IMG/VR virus record: IMGVR_UViG_3300045988_166613
Span: 64,001 to 128,000 of that record
DNA: 64,000 bases
Strand: one strand, 5' to 3'
Source of the DNA: a virus
This document shows, in pieces, positions 16,825-25,515 of this stretch. Both the position numbers and the translations under genes were made by a program. How positions within the stretch are numbered: the first letter of the stretch is position 1; the number at the start of each line of letters is the position of its first letter. The notes under the pieces were generated by a model. The model saw only the letters and a list, made by a program, of their open reading frames with translations. It had not been told where the DNA came from and did not search any database.

Positions 16825-16998
16825 ATGATTAGTGTAAGAACAGAAAACTTATTAAAAAGAATAGGAGAAAAGTTAAATACAATAACTTTTCAAGAATTAA
16901 AAAGCATAGACGGAATGACTAAAAACTCTTTAAGAGAAATAATTCTTGTATCTGATAGAAAGGATTTAATGAGATCATATTTGTTAAATATTGAGTAG
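16825..16998 (+). CDS. 57-aa helix-hairpin-helix protein resembling the RNA polymerase alpha C-terminal domain
   Basis: TGGAGG RBS. MISVRTENLLKRIGEKLNTITFQELKSIDGMTKNSLREII compared by eye with the alpha-CTD pattern SVRs.NcLKraGi.tv.eL....l..i.nlGkKSl.EI. Confidence 0.35.
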   Translation: MISVRTENLLKRIGEKLNTITFQELKSIDGMTKNSLREIILVSDRKDLMRSYLLNIE

Positions 16999-17022
16999 GC
17001 TAATTAAGGCTTACTCAATATT
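16987..17022 (+). terminator. Strong hairpin overlapping the stop codon of 16825..16998
   Basis: aatattgagtaggc / gcttactcaatatt, 14 bp with one G-U. Confidence 0.6.
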
Positions 17023-17036
17023 GTTATAAAATCAAT

Positions 17037-17090
17037 CATTTATTCATTCTTTAGATTAGAAAAAAATCTAGTTTAAAGAGTGAATAAATG
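17037..17090 (+). other. 23-bp-stem RNA hairpin (RNase III-like substrate or insulator)
   Basis: catttattcattctttagattag / ctagtttaaagagtgaataaatg. All 3 non-Watson-Crick positions are G-U on the + strand only. Confidence 0.6.
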
Positions 17091-17173
17091 TTAAAATATA
17101 ATTATAATATTATTATACTTGTTTTATATTAACTATGTGGAAAAAAATTATAAGACAAGGAGAGAAAAAAATA

Positions 17174-17845
17174 ATGACTCAAAGAAAAAATTTAATAGGT
17201 CAAAAATTTGGATTGTTAACAGTTTTGGAGAAAAAATCTGAAAAGAAAGCTGGAAGCAATAGGATTTATTATTTATGTCAATGTGAATGTGGTAATAAAA
17301 AATGGATAAGGTCTGATGCTTTAAAAAGTGGTAATGCTAAAAGCTGTGGTTGTAGAGGAGATAGAGATTTAATAGGTAAAAAATTTGGAAAACTTACAGT
17401 TATTAATAAAATTGAAGGTAAGTCTAAACGTAGAAAAAAAGAATATTTGTGTAAATGTGAGTGCGGTAATGAAAAGATAGTTTGTAGAGATGATTTAATA
17501 AGCAGTCATACAAAGTCATGCGGTTGTTTACATAAAGAAAAAAGTGCTATAAATAGTAAAAAAGCTTTTAATTTTTTAAAAGAAAACGATTGGATAGAAG
17601 GAACTTCTATAACACAATTACAAAGAGAAAAACCAATAAGAACTAATACAAGTGGTGCAACAGGGGTTACATTTGAGAATAGAAAAGGTAAATGGAGAGC
17701 TTATTTGGAATTTAAAGGAAAAAGATATAATTTAGGTTCTTTTGAAGATAAAAACGAAGCAATAAACGCCAGGAAGGAAGCTGAAGAAAAAATAATTAAA
17801 CCATTTTTAGAGAGTTTAAAAGAAAATAAGGAAGGAGATGAGTAA
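17174..17845 (+). CDS. AP2-domain DNA-binding protein with two Cys-rich (CxCxCG...CGC) repeats; no nuclease domain seen
   Basis: LIGQKFGLLTV..YLCQCECGNKKWIRSDALKSGNAKSCGC is repeated as LIGKKFGKLTV..YLCKCECGNEKIV..SCGC. C-terminal TSGATGVTFENRKGKWRAYLEFKGKRYNLGSFEDKNEAINARKEAE fits the AP2 pattern. Confidence 0.7.
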   Translation: MTQRKNLIGQKFGLLTVLEKKSEKKAGSNRIYYLCQCECGNKKWIRSDALKSGNAKSCGCRGDRDLIGKKFGKLTVINKIEGKSKRRKKEYLCKCECGNEKIVCRDDLISSHTKSCGCLHKEKSAINSKKAFNFLKENDWIEGTSITQLQREKPIRTNTSGATGVTFENRKGKWRAYLEFKGKRYNLGSFEDKNEAINARKEAEEKIIKPFLESLKENKEGDE

Positions 17846-18200
17846 AAAAATGGATGTTTATTTTATAAGAAATAATAAGGTGTATAATGGTAAAATTATT
17901 AAAACTAATAAAAAGGGTACGGCAGCTATAATAGACAGTAATATTTCAAGTAAAAATATATTAGTATCTTTGAGTAATTGCTTTAAGAATAAATCAGAAG
18001 CTATTGAGGAACTTAATAGACGTAGACAGATAGAGGAGAATGAAAGGATTAAATTTGCAGTCGAACAAAAAGAAATTGACAATATTTTAGAAAAAATCCA
18101 TAGAGAATTTGGTTTAGAAATTAGAATGTTAGATAGACCAGTTTTATTAGAAGATGCTGAAGAACTATATAATAAGATTAAGAGACAAAAAGAAAAATAA
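17838..18200 (+). CDS. Hypothetical protein (120 aa; start may be ATG 17850)
   Basis: Overlaps the previous stop; GGAAGGAG upstream. Confidence 0.5.
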   Translation: MSKKMDVYFIRNNKVYNGKIIKTNKKGTAAIIDSNISSKNILVSLSNCFKNKSEAIEELNRRRQIEENERIKFAVEQKEIDNILEKIHREFGLEIRMLDRPVLLEDAEELYNKIKRQKEK

Positions 18201-18214
18201 GGAGAGTAATTATT

Positions 18215-18616
18215 ATGATATATGTATTGAATACAAATTTTTTAGATGAGAATGAAATAAAAGAGATAACTGATAATATAAAGGGAGATTATATATTTGC
18301 AGATGATTTAATTCTTTCATTAAATAATTTTAAGGATAGTCAAGAGCTTACAGATTTTCTGAAAATTGTTTATGAGATGAATGAGTATGGCGTAGATAAA
18401 AATAACACTGTACAAATAAAAGATATAGTCGAATATATGAAAACTTTGGATAATAAATACTTTACTAAACTTTATAATGAGATTAAGATAACTTTGGCAA
18501 GATCTCCATATGATATTTTAGAAAATAATATAAAAATATTAGCTAAGGCATTTTTGATTAAAAAATTGTATAATGAAATTGAAAAAGTTGAAAATAATAA
18601 AATAGAAATATGGTAA
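18215..18616 (+). CDS. Hypothetical protein (133 aa)
   Basis: AAGGAG RBS. Confidence 0.55.
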   Translation: MIYVLNTNFLDENEIKEITDNIKGDYIFADDLILSLNNFKDSQELTDFLKIVYEMNEYGVDKNNTVQIKDIVEYMKTLDNKYFTKLYNEIKITLARSPYDILENNIKILAKAFLIKKLYNEIEKVENNKIEIW

Positions 18617-18666
18617 TAATTAGTTAAAAACCGAATTTTAAGCAATTATAAAAGGGAGAGATAACA

Positions 18667-19134
18667 ATGAAAAGAAGCGAATTAAATATGTTAGAATCAT
18701 ATAAAAGAAATGAGTTAATAGATAGATTAAAACCAATAAAAGATTGGGATAGTATTAATAAAGGCGAATTAATATGGAACGATAACAGTGATAGTATATT
18801 TGGATATGATAAGTTTGAGGGTTTAAATCCAACTGATGAAGAAATTATAATTTATAGAAATCAAGCAGATGTACAATATACTTATAGTAAAACGGGTTGG
18901 TATTATTATGATGAGAATATTGCTGATGAAGTAGATAAAATGTGGACACCTAAATTATATGGAGTAACAGATAAAAATAATTATACTCTATATTTAGTAG
19001 CTTGTAATACAGATCACGCATGGAAATCTTTTAATGAAGAATATAATTATGATGTTTTATGGTTAGATTTTAAGGAGAATTACATTTTATTTGAACTCGA
19101 TAAATGTGGTGATTTTGATATAATTGTTAGATAA
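18667..19134 (+). CDS. Hypothetical protein (155 aa)
   Basis: AGGGAG RBS. Confidence 0.55.
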   Translation: MKRSELNMLESYKRNELIDRLKPIKDWDSINKGELIWNDNSDSIFGYDKFEGLNPTDEEIIIYRNQADVQYTYSKTGWYYYDENIADEVDKMWTPKLYGVTDKNNYTLYLVACNTDHAWKSFNEEYNYDVLWLDFKENYILFELDKCGDFDIIVR

Positions 19135-19167
19135 AAAAAATAAAAATATATAAGATGGGGGATAGAT

Positions 19168-19554
19168 ATGGATAGAAAATTAAATTTTAAAAAAGGCGAT
19201 ATTTGCATAATGGCAATTATACCAATGAGTGATGCCTCAAGAAGAATAGATATGAGCTTAGATAATATTAACGAATGGACTGAATATGTAGAAGTTATAT
19301 CTGTTGGTAGGAAATATATAACAGTTAAAAGATGTAGTAAATTTGAACATAAATTTGATGTAGAAAATGATTATTGTGAAAAAAGCAAGTATTCACCTAA
19401 TTACAAATTATACGAGGGTATTCAAGAAATATACAATGAGAGAGAAGCTGAAAGAATAAATGATTATATTAGAGATAAGATTGGTCAATATGGGAGTGCT
19501 AGATTTAGCTTGGATAAACTAAAAAGGATTAAGGAAATCATAGATGAAGAGTAA
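19168..19554 (+). CDS. Hypothetical protein (128 aa)
   Basis: GGGGGA RBS-like. Confidence 0.55.
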   Translation: MDRKLNFKKGDICIMAIIPMSDASRRIDMSLDNINEWTEYVEVISVGRKYITVKRCSKFEHKFDVENDYCEKSKYSPNYKLYEGIQEIYNEREAERINDYIRDKIGQYGSARFSLDKLKRIKEIIDEE

Positions 19555-19593
19555 TTATTTAATAAATGTATAATTTTAAGGAAAGTGGTATTA

Positions 19594-19818
19594 ATGGATA
19601 AAAATTTAATAATAGAAGATATTGAAAAACAATTAGAGAAGAGATTTTACTTTATAGATTTTAATTTTAGGAATGTTAGATTAGACTTAGAGAAAAAAGA
19701 AATGACATTTACTAAGGATGATAAAAGAGTAATCGTAAAATTTAAGATTATAGATGATGTTGTTGAAATTAAAGAGATTTATAATTTGTTAGATCCAAAA
19801 GAACCATATATATTTTAA
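19594..19818 (+). CDS. Hypothetical protein (74 aa)
   Basis: AAGGAAAG then ATG 19594. Confidence 0.5.
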   Translation: MDKNLIIEDIEKQLEKRFYFIDFNFRNVRLDLEKKEMTFTKDDKRVIVKFKIIDDVVEIKEIYNLLDPKEPYIF

Positions 19819-19848
19819 AAGCTGCCTAAAGGTGGCTTTTATTTTTTT
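19817..19848 (+). terminator. Intrinsic terminator
   Basis: aagctgcc/ggtggctt stem (2 G-U) followed by ttatttttttag. Confidence 0.7.
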
Positions 19849-19895
19849 AGAAAAATCTACGTGTATAGCTTCTTAAATTGCACATTTTAATAAAT

Positions 19896-19950
19896 GTTGA
19901 AATAAATTAAATAATTGATTGACTTAGTATATTATTTATGATATTATAAT
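19896..19950 (+). promoter_or_regulatory. Class I promoter
   Basis: gttgaaataaattaaataattga-TTGACT(19919)-17 bp-TATTAT or 20 bp-TATAAT(19945). Confidence 0.65.
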
Positions 19951-20020
19951 ATTGTAAGAAGGGTTAGCCCTAAAAGTATTATAAAAGTGGTTTTGAGGAT
20001 CACTAAGGAGGTTTATACAT

Positions 20021-21949
20021 ATGAACAAGAGAATTGAAAAAATAGTATTAAAAGCTAAAGAAAGTAAGAATAATTTAACTACACCTAGAAGAGATCAAAT
20101 AAAAAAGGCTGTAGAAGAAAAAGCTTTTGATTATATGATATATAAAGGATATGATGAAGTTTATGATATTGAACCAGTTAGAATGGCTGCTGTATTAGAA
20201 AATATAGAAAATTATTGGTTAACAGATGGTACTATGTGGGCAAGTGTTGACGATGATGTTTTAAAAGTTACAATTAAGTATGGTTATAGTTATTTAACTC
20301 TATATGCAGATTTAAAAGAAAATGAAGAACAATCTTTAAATACCGTAGAATCTAAAGAAGTAGAAATTACATACAATAAAGAGAAAAACGGCATAGAAGT
20401 TAAATTTAATACTAAACCAGCTCAAGAAGTAATTAACGATTTAAAAGTTAATGGTTTTAGATGGCATAGAGTTAAAAAAGTATGGTATGCTAAACAAACA
20501 GAAGAGAGAATTAATTATATTAATACTACTTTTAAAATAAATCAAATAAATGATGGAAAAGAGGTAAATAATATTATAGAACTAAATGATTATAGAAACG
20601 AATCTGAAGATATAAAAGATATCGTTATAAATCCAGATGTTGTGGAAGTTAAAGAACAAGATCAATATTTCATAAAATCAGTTAAATTCGCAAACTTAAA
20701 TAAAAGAAATACAATAAAAGAGTATGAAAAAGAAATTGTAAAAGGTGATTATCTTTTTCAAGATGTAAAAATTACAAGAGAGTTATATTTTAATAATATA
20801 GAAGAGTTAGAAAGTTTCAATAATAGTTTAATGTTAGATTTTGATTTTATTAACGGAACTGGTGGAAGTTGCACAGATGACGAAAGAATAAATGATATAA
20901 AAGATTATTGGAATATGAGTGATGAAGAAAGAGACACCGTGGAGTGGTATTTAAAAGGAATAGCAGTATATTTTAATAATGAATTACAATATATTATTGA
21001 TGCTCAAGGTTATTCTTATGCTAGATATGTAGGGTTAGTATGGGAACATACAAAGAATGAGAAAAAAGTTATTGAAGAAGTTGAGGAGGAAAAAATCGAA
21101 ATGGAAATGAATTTTGATGATATTTTAGAAAGTTTTGAAAATGTTGAAATAAAAAATGAAAATAGGTTATGTAGTGAAGATTTAGAAATAATACAAGAGA
21201 AAAAAAACAACCTTGAAAAAATGAAAGAATCTTTTAATACTTATTTAGAGTTTTATAAAAATAATAAATTATTAGGATATGATGGTGAAATTAATAATAT
21301 GATTTATAATTTTAAAAAAGATCAAATTATACCGAATTTTCAATACTTGATAAGTGATGTCTATAATTATTTTAATAAAAAATATAGTTTAAATATTGAA
21401 AAATTAAATACAAAAGAATTAATAAAAAACTATAACAAATTTAAAAGATACAATACTTATGAAAGGGATTTTGAATGGTATATGAATGTCTTTAATATTG
21501 ATATGTTGATTGATGATATTTTTAATAAATTAAATGGTATCAGTTTTAAAGAAATGGAAATTAAGCTGTTAAAAGAAAAAATATTAAATTACAGTTGGGG
21601 TGTAAATGTTAAAGGTAAAAAAGTTAATTTAAAAGAAATATTAAATTTCAATGAGTATCAAATTCAAAGTAATAATAATTATATATTATCAGGATCAGAA
21701 AGAATTGAAAATATATTTAAATTATTAACATATGCGGAATGTAATAATTTTAAAAATGATTGTTTTGTAAATGTAAAAGAATTAATAAAAAATGCAAAAG
21801 AAAATATTACAAATACATATGAATTAGAAGGAGAAAAAATACAGTCGATAAAAATATTTAAAAATGGATCTATACAAATAACATTCAATTCTGGTTTAAA
21901 TGCTTTGGAGTTCGCACAGGAATATTTAAATTATAAAGAAGTAGCTTAA
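20021..21949 (+). CDS. Large hypothetical protein (642 aa), upstream partner of the methyltransferase-helicase
   Basis: AAGGAGG RBS. Contains LKVNGFRWHRVKKVWYAKQTEE-type module. No catalytic motif recognised. Confidence 0.6.
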   Translation: MNKRIEKIVLKAKESKNNLTTPRRDQIKKAVEEKAFDYMIYKGYDEVYDIEPVRMAAVLENIENYWLTDGTMWASVDDDVLKVTIKYGYSYLTLYADLKENEEQSLNTVESKEVEITYNKEKNGIEVKFNTKPAQEVINDLKVNGFRWHRVKKVWYAKQTEERINYINTTFKINQINDGKEVNNIIELNDYRNESEDIKDIVINPDVVEVKEQDQYFIKSVKFANLNKRNTIKEYEKEIVKGDYLFQDVKITRELYFNNIEELESFNNSLMLDFDFINGTGGSCTDDERINDIKDYWNMSDEERDTVEWYLKGIAVYFNNELQYIIDAQGYSYARYVGLVWEHTKNEKKVIEEVEEEKIEMEMNFDDILESFENVEIKNENRLCSEDLEIIQEKKNNLEKMKESFNTYLEFYKNNKLLGYDGEINNMIYNFKKDQIIPNFQYLISDVYNYFNKKYSLNIEKLNTKELIKNYNKFKRYNTYERDFEWYMNVFNIDMLIDDIFNKLNGISFKEMEIKLLKEKILNYSWGVNVKGKKVNLKEILNFNEYQIQSNNNYILSGSERIENIFKLLTYAECNNFKNDCFVNVKELIKNAKENITNTYELEGEKIQSIKIFKNGSIQITFNSGLNALEFAQEYLNYKEVA

Positions 21950-21961
21950 TACATAATAAAA

Positions 21962-21999
21962 TTCTCTATATATGTTTTTAATAAAGTGTATATAGAGAA
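21962..21999 (+). other. 11-bp perfect hairpin between 20021 and 22021 genes
   Basis: ttctctatata / tatatagagaa; no U-run. Confidence 0.5.
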
Positions 22000-22020
22000 A
22001 AAATATAATAACGACTAGAG

Positions 22021-24912
22021 GTGAGTAGGTTGGAATATATAGCAAGATATAAAGATATGAGAAAAGTAGTACCACATGAGAAGAGAAAAGAAATAAATGA
22101 TAAAATAATTTATATGATTGATAATAATTTAGTTAATCAATATAAATTCACACCAGAAATAATTTTTAATTTTTATACAGGGGATGGGGGAACTTTTGAC
22201 GTAAAGTTTAAAGATTATAATTCTTTTTATGAATATAGTCAAGAAAAAAAGTCACTTGAAAATGGTCAATTTTTTACAGGACAAAATGAATCTAAAAAGT
22301 TAATTGATATATTACAAGTCAATAATGATGAATTAGTAGGAGAGTTAAGTTGCGGATCAGGTGCATTACTTAACCACTTACCTAATATGAATAATGTTTA
22401 TTGTAATGAATTAGATATAAAGGCTTATAAAGTATGTAAATATCTATTTCCAGAGGTTACAATAAAACATGGAGACATGAGAGATTATAATTTAACTCAT
22501 AAATTAGATGTTATTATTGGTAATCCACCTTTTAATTTAAGAATGAAATATGAAGGTATAGATCAATACAGCCAAATGATTTATGTTAAAAAGGCAAATG
22601 AATTAATGAATACAAGTGCTATTATGGGTTTAATTGTCCCTTATAGCTTCTTAAACGATGAATTTAGTAATAAGAGTGATATTGAATATATGAATGAACA
22701 TTTTAATTTTATAGGGCAATTTGAGCTTAGTAAAGGGGCTTTTGATCATGTTGGAGTAGATTCTAATTTTAGAATTAAAATGATGTTTTTTGCTAAGAAA
22801 TCTCAATATTTACAAGAAAAAATGTATATAAATGAGTTTACAACAGAGAAAAAAATCAAAGAAGATATAGCAAAGATTAGGCAAATAAAAGAAAAAAATC
22901 GTGCTAGTATCAAATTAGAAAACATGAAAAATTATACTGATGAGGATCAGGATTTTGAGCAAAAAGTTACTAAGATATTATTTGATATTAAAAGAAGTAA
23001 GCATGTAAAACATTTATATAATGAGTGTTTTAATTATTATCAGTTATATTATAATGAGAGTCAGCCTAGTACGTTATCAAACGAAGAATGGCAAAAGATA
23101 AGAATTACTAAAGAAAAGGTAATTAAAAAATTAAAAGACACTTTAAGTAGTCAACACAAGAGAAAAACTGTTAAAAGTGAGAATCTTGAAAAGACTATGA
23201 GAAAAAAATTAAGAGAAAAAAATCGACAAGATATACCATTTGAAGAAATGAAAATTGATGAAAACATTGATAAATGGTTAAGTGAAAAAAGTCTATATAA
23301 TGAAGTAGAAAATGTAGAAACTAAATTAAACAACTTACAAAAATATGATTTAAACAAAGTTTTGAGAAAAAAATATTCAATTCTTCAATGGGAGATGGGA
23401 TCTGGTAAAAGTTATTCAAGTTTATATTATGGTTTATATAGGATGGAAGAAAATCTATGTAAAAATATATTTGTAGTTGCTCCAGCTATAGCAATCAAAA
23501 ATACTTATGTTGATATGTTAGAAAATTTTAATTTACCTTATAGAATTCTAAATAATAAAGAAGATATAGGAAAAATTAAAAAAGGAGAGTTTTTATTATT
23601 AACCTTTAATATGGTTATTAAAAATCAAAGATGGCTAAAAAGATTTTTCAGATTTAATGGAAAAAAATTCGCTTTAATACTTGATGAAGCTGATAGTATT
23701 AGCAATATTAATTCCAAACGTTGCAAAGCTGTATTAAATTGTTTTAAAACTAATGTTAAATATAAGGTATTATTAACAGGTACAAGCGTTAGAAATTCAA
23801 TAAATGAAATATATACACAGATTGAATTATTATATAACAACAGTTTAAATATGCTTTGTGAAAATGAATATATATATGCTGAAGACAAGGAACAGAAAAA
23901 AATTAAAAAAGAAGTAAATGAGTATTATAATAAACAATATCCACCTTATAAACAAGGGTATGAATTGTTTACAAAATCTCATATTCCTAAAAAAGTAAGT
24001 ACATTTGGTGTAGCAAAATTTGAGCAGCATGTATATAACAAAGATAGTTTGAAAAAAATAATAGATAAAACAATTATAACAAGAACTTTAGAAGATGTTA
24101 TAGGAAAAAAACTATATAACATCCATCAAGTTACATGTGATTTTACAGAATCAGAAAAGAATTTATATAATCAAATACTAAATGATTTTTATAAAATGAG
24201 TGCTGAGTATCATATACATACTGGAAATAGTAGAAAGGATGCTATGTTTAAGATATTAGCACAGTTAAATACTTTGTTAAAATCATGTAGTACACCACAT
24301 AAATTTAAAGAGTATGAAGGTAAAAATATAAGTAGTAAAATATTAAAAGTATGTGATATGGTAGAAAAATTTAAAAATGAAAGAGTTGCTATAGGTTGCA
24401 CCAGGATAAAAACTGTAAATGTATATGCACATATATTAGCAGAAAAATTCCCAAATAGAAAAATATTTGTTATTACAGGGCAAGATACAACTTTAAAGCA
24501 AAGAAAAGAAATGGTTGAGGAAATGAAAAAATACAATGATTGTATAATATTATCTACTCAACAAGCTTTATCATGCAGTATGAATATAGGATTTGTTAAT
24601 AAAGTCATTATTCCAGAAATGCAATGGAATGAATCAGGTTGTAGCCAATATAAAGCTAGATTTTCAAGAATGAATTCAGAAAAAATAACAGAAATATATA
24701 ATGTATTTTACAAAAATAGTATTGAGGTTAATTTATTAAAACTTAATATGGCAAAAGATAAATTATGTTCATTAATGAAAAATGAAGATTTAATGGATGA
24801 AGAAATATACGAAAAATTTAATATTGATCCAATAGTATTAGAAGGATTAATGGTTAAAGAAGAAACAGAAAATGGAATCAATATTACATGGGGTAATCAA
24901 AAAATTAGTTAA
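22021..24912 (+). CDS. Fusion protein: N6-adenine DNA methyltransferase (gamma-type NPPF) + SNF2/DEAD-like helicase
   Basis: N-terminus ELSCGSGALLN (motif I) and IIGNPPFN (motif IV). C-terminal half WEMGSGKS (Walker A), ILDEADS (DEAD-like), LLTGTSVRNS (motif III), helicase-C-like end. Confidence 0.75.
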   Translation: MSRLEYIARYKDMRKVVPHEKRKEINDKIIYMIDNNLVNQYKFTPEIIFNFYTGDGGTFDVKFKDYNSFYEYSQEKKSLENGQFFTGQNESKKLIDILQVNNDELVGELSCGSGALLNHLPNMNNVYCNELDIKAYKVCKYLFPEVTIKHGDMRDYNLTHKLDVIIGNPPFNLRMKYEGIDQYSQMIYVKKANELMNTSAIMGLIVPYSFLNDEFSNKSDIEYMNEHFNFIGQFELSKGAFDHVGVDSNFRIKMMFFAKKSQYLQEKMYINEFTTEKKIKEDIAKIRQIKEKNRASIKLENMKNYTDEDQDFEQKVTKILFDIKRSKHVKHLYNECFNYYQLYYNESQPSTLSNEEWQKIRITKEKVIKKLKDTLSSQHKRKTVKSENLEKTMRKKLREKNRQDIPFEEMKIDENIDKWLSEKSLYNEVENVETKLNNLQKYDLNKVLRKKYSILQWEMGSGKSYSSLYYGLYRMEENLCKNIFVVAPAIAIKNTYVDMLENFNLPYRILNNKEDIGKIKKGEFLLLTFNMVIKNQRWLKRFFRFNGKKFALILDEADSISNINSKRCKAVLNCFKTNVKYKVLLTGTSVRNSINEIYTQIELLYNNSLNMLCENEYIYAEDKEQKKIKKEVNEYYNKQYPPYKQGYELFTKSHIPKKVSTFGVAKFEQHVYNKDSLKKIIDKTIITRTLEDVIGKKLYNIHQVTCDFTESEKNLYNQILNDFYKMSAEYHIHTGNSRKDAMFKILAQLNTLLKSCSTPHKFKEYEGKNISSKILKVCDMVEKFKNERVAIGCTRIKTVNVYAHILAEKFPNRKIFVITGQDTTLKQRKEMVEEMKKYNDCIILSTQQALSCSMNIGFVNKVIIPEMQWNESGCSQYKARFSRMNSEKITEIYNVFYKNSIEVNLLKLNMAKDKLCSLMKNEDLMDEEIYEKFNIDPIVLEGLMVKEETENGINITWGNQKIS

Positions 24913-25120
24913 AATATTTCTTTTAAGGAAAAATTAAATAAGAATAAAATAACAATAAAAATATATACCATAAAATGTTAAACATAAATATTTTGTGGAA
25001 AAAAAGCGAATATTTTTTAAATTTAACAATGGTTTTAACAAAAAGAAAATGATATACTTATTTTGTTCAATAGATGTTAATTAAATTCAAATTATTTTTA
25101 AAGGAAAGGTTAGGGAGAAG

Positions 25121-25366
25121 ATGGAAAAAATTAAAGAATTCATGGAGGAAAATTTATACGAGGAGGTAATTTATGAAAATGTAAGGGGAAACATTACAGT
25201 CGGTTGCGTAGAGGATTATACTATATATCCAAATGCAGTACGAGTTGTATTAGATACTTTAGAAATAACAGTGGACAATATTATTAAACATCTAACTTGT
25301 TTATTAGAGTTTGGGGAGCTATGTATAAATAGCAAAGAGGGGATACATAAGTTTTATATAATCTAA
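25121..25366 (+). CDS. Hypothetical protein (81 aa)
   Basis: GGGAGAAG RBS-like; own terminator. Confidence 0.5.
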   Translation: MEKIKEFMEENLYEEVIYENVRGNITVGCVEDYTIYPNAVRVVLDTLEITVDNIIKHLTCLLEFGELCINSKEGIHKFYII

Positions 25367-25380
25367 TTAATATATAATAG

Positions 25381-25415
25381 ATAGAACCTTATTATGGTGG
25401 TGAGGTTCTATCTTA
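25381..25415 (+). terminator. Hairpin terminator
   Basis: atagaacct / aggttctat 9-bp stem. Confidence 0.6.
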
Positions 25416-25459
25416 AAATAATAAATGTAATTGATTTAAATTATATAAGATGATATAAT
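25411..25459 (+). promoter_or_regulatory. Class I-like promoter with degenerate box
   Basis: tcttaaaataataaatgtaa-TTGATT(25431)-17 bp-TATAAT(25454). Confidence 0.6.
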
Positions 25460-25515
25460 AAAAACATATTAAACGACATAAAAGGACAAAATAAATAAAA
25501 AGGTAGGTGTTACAA

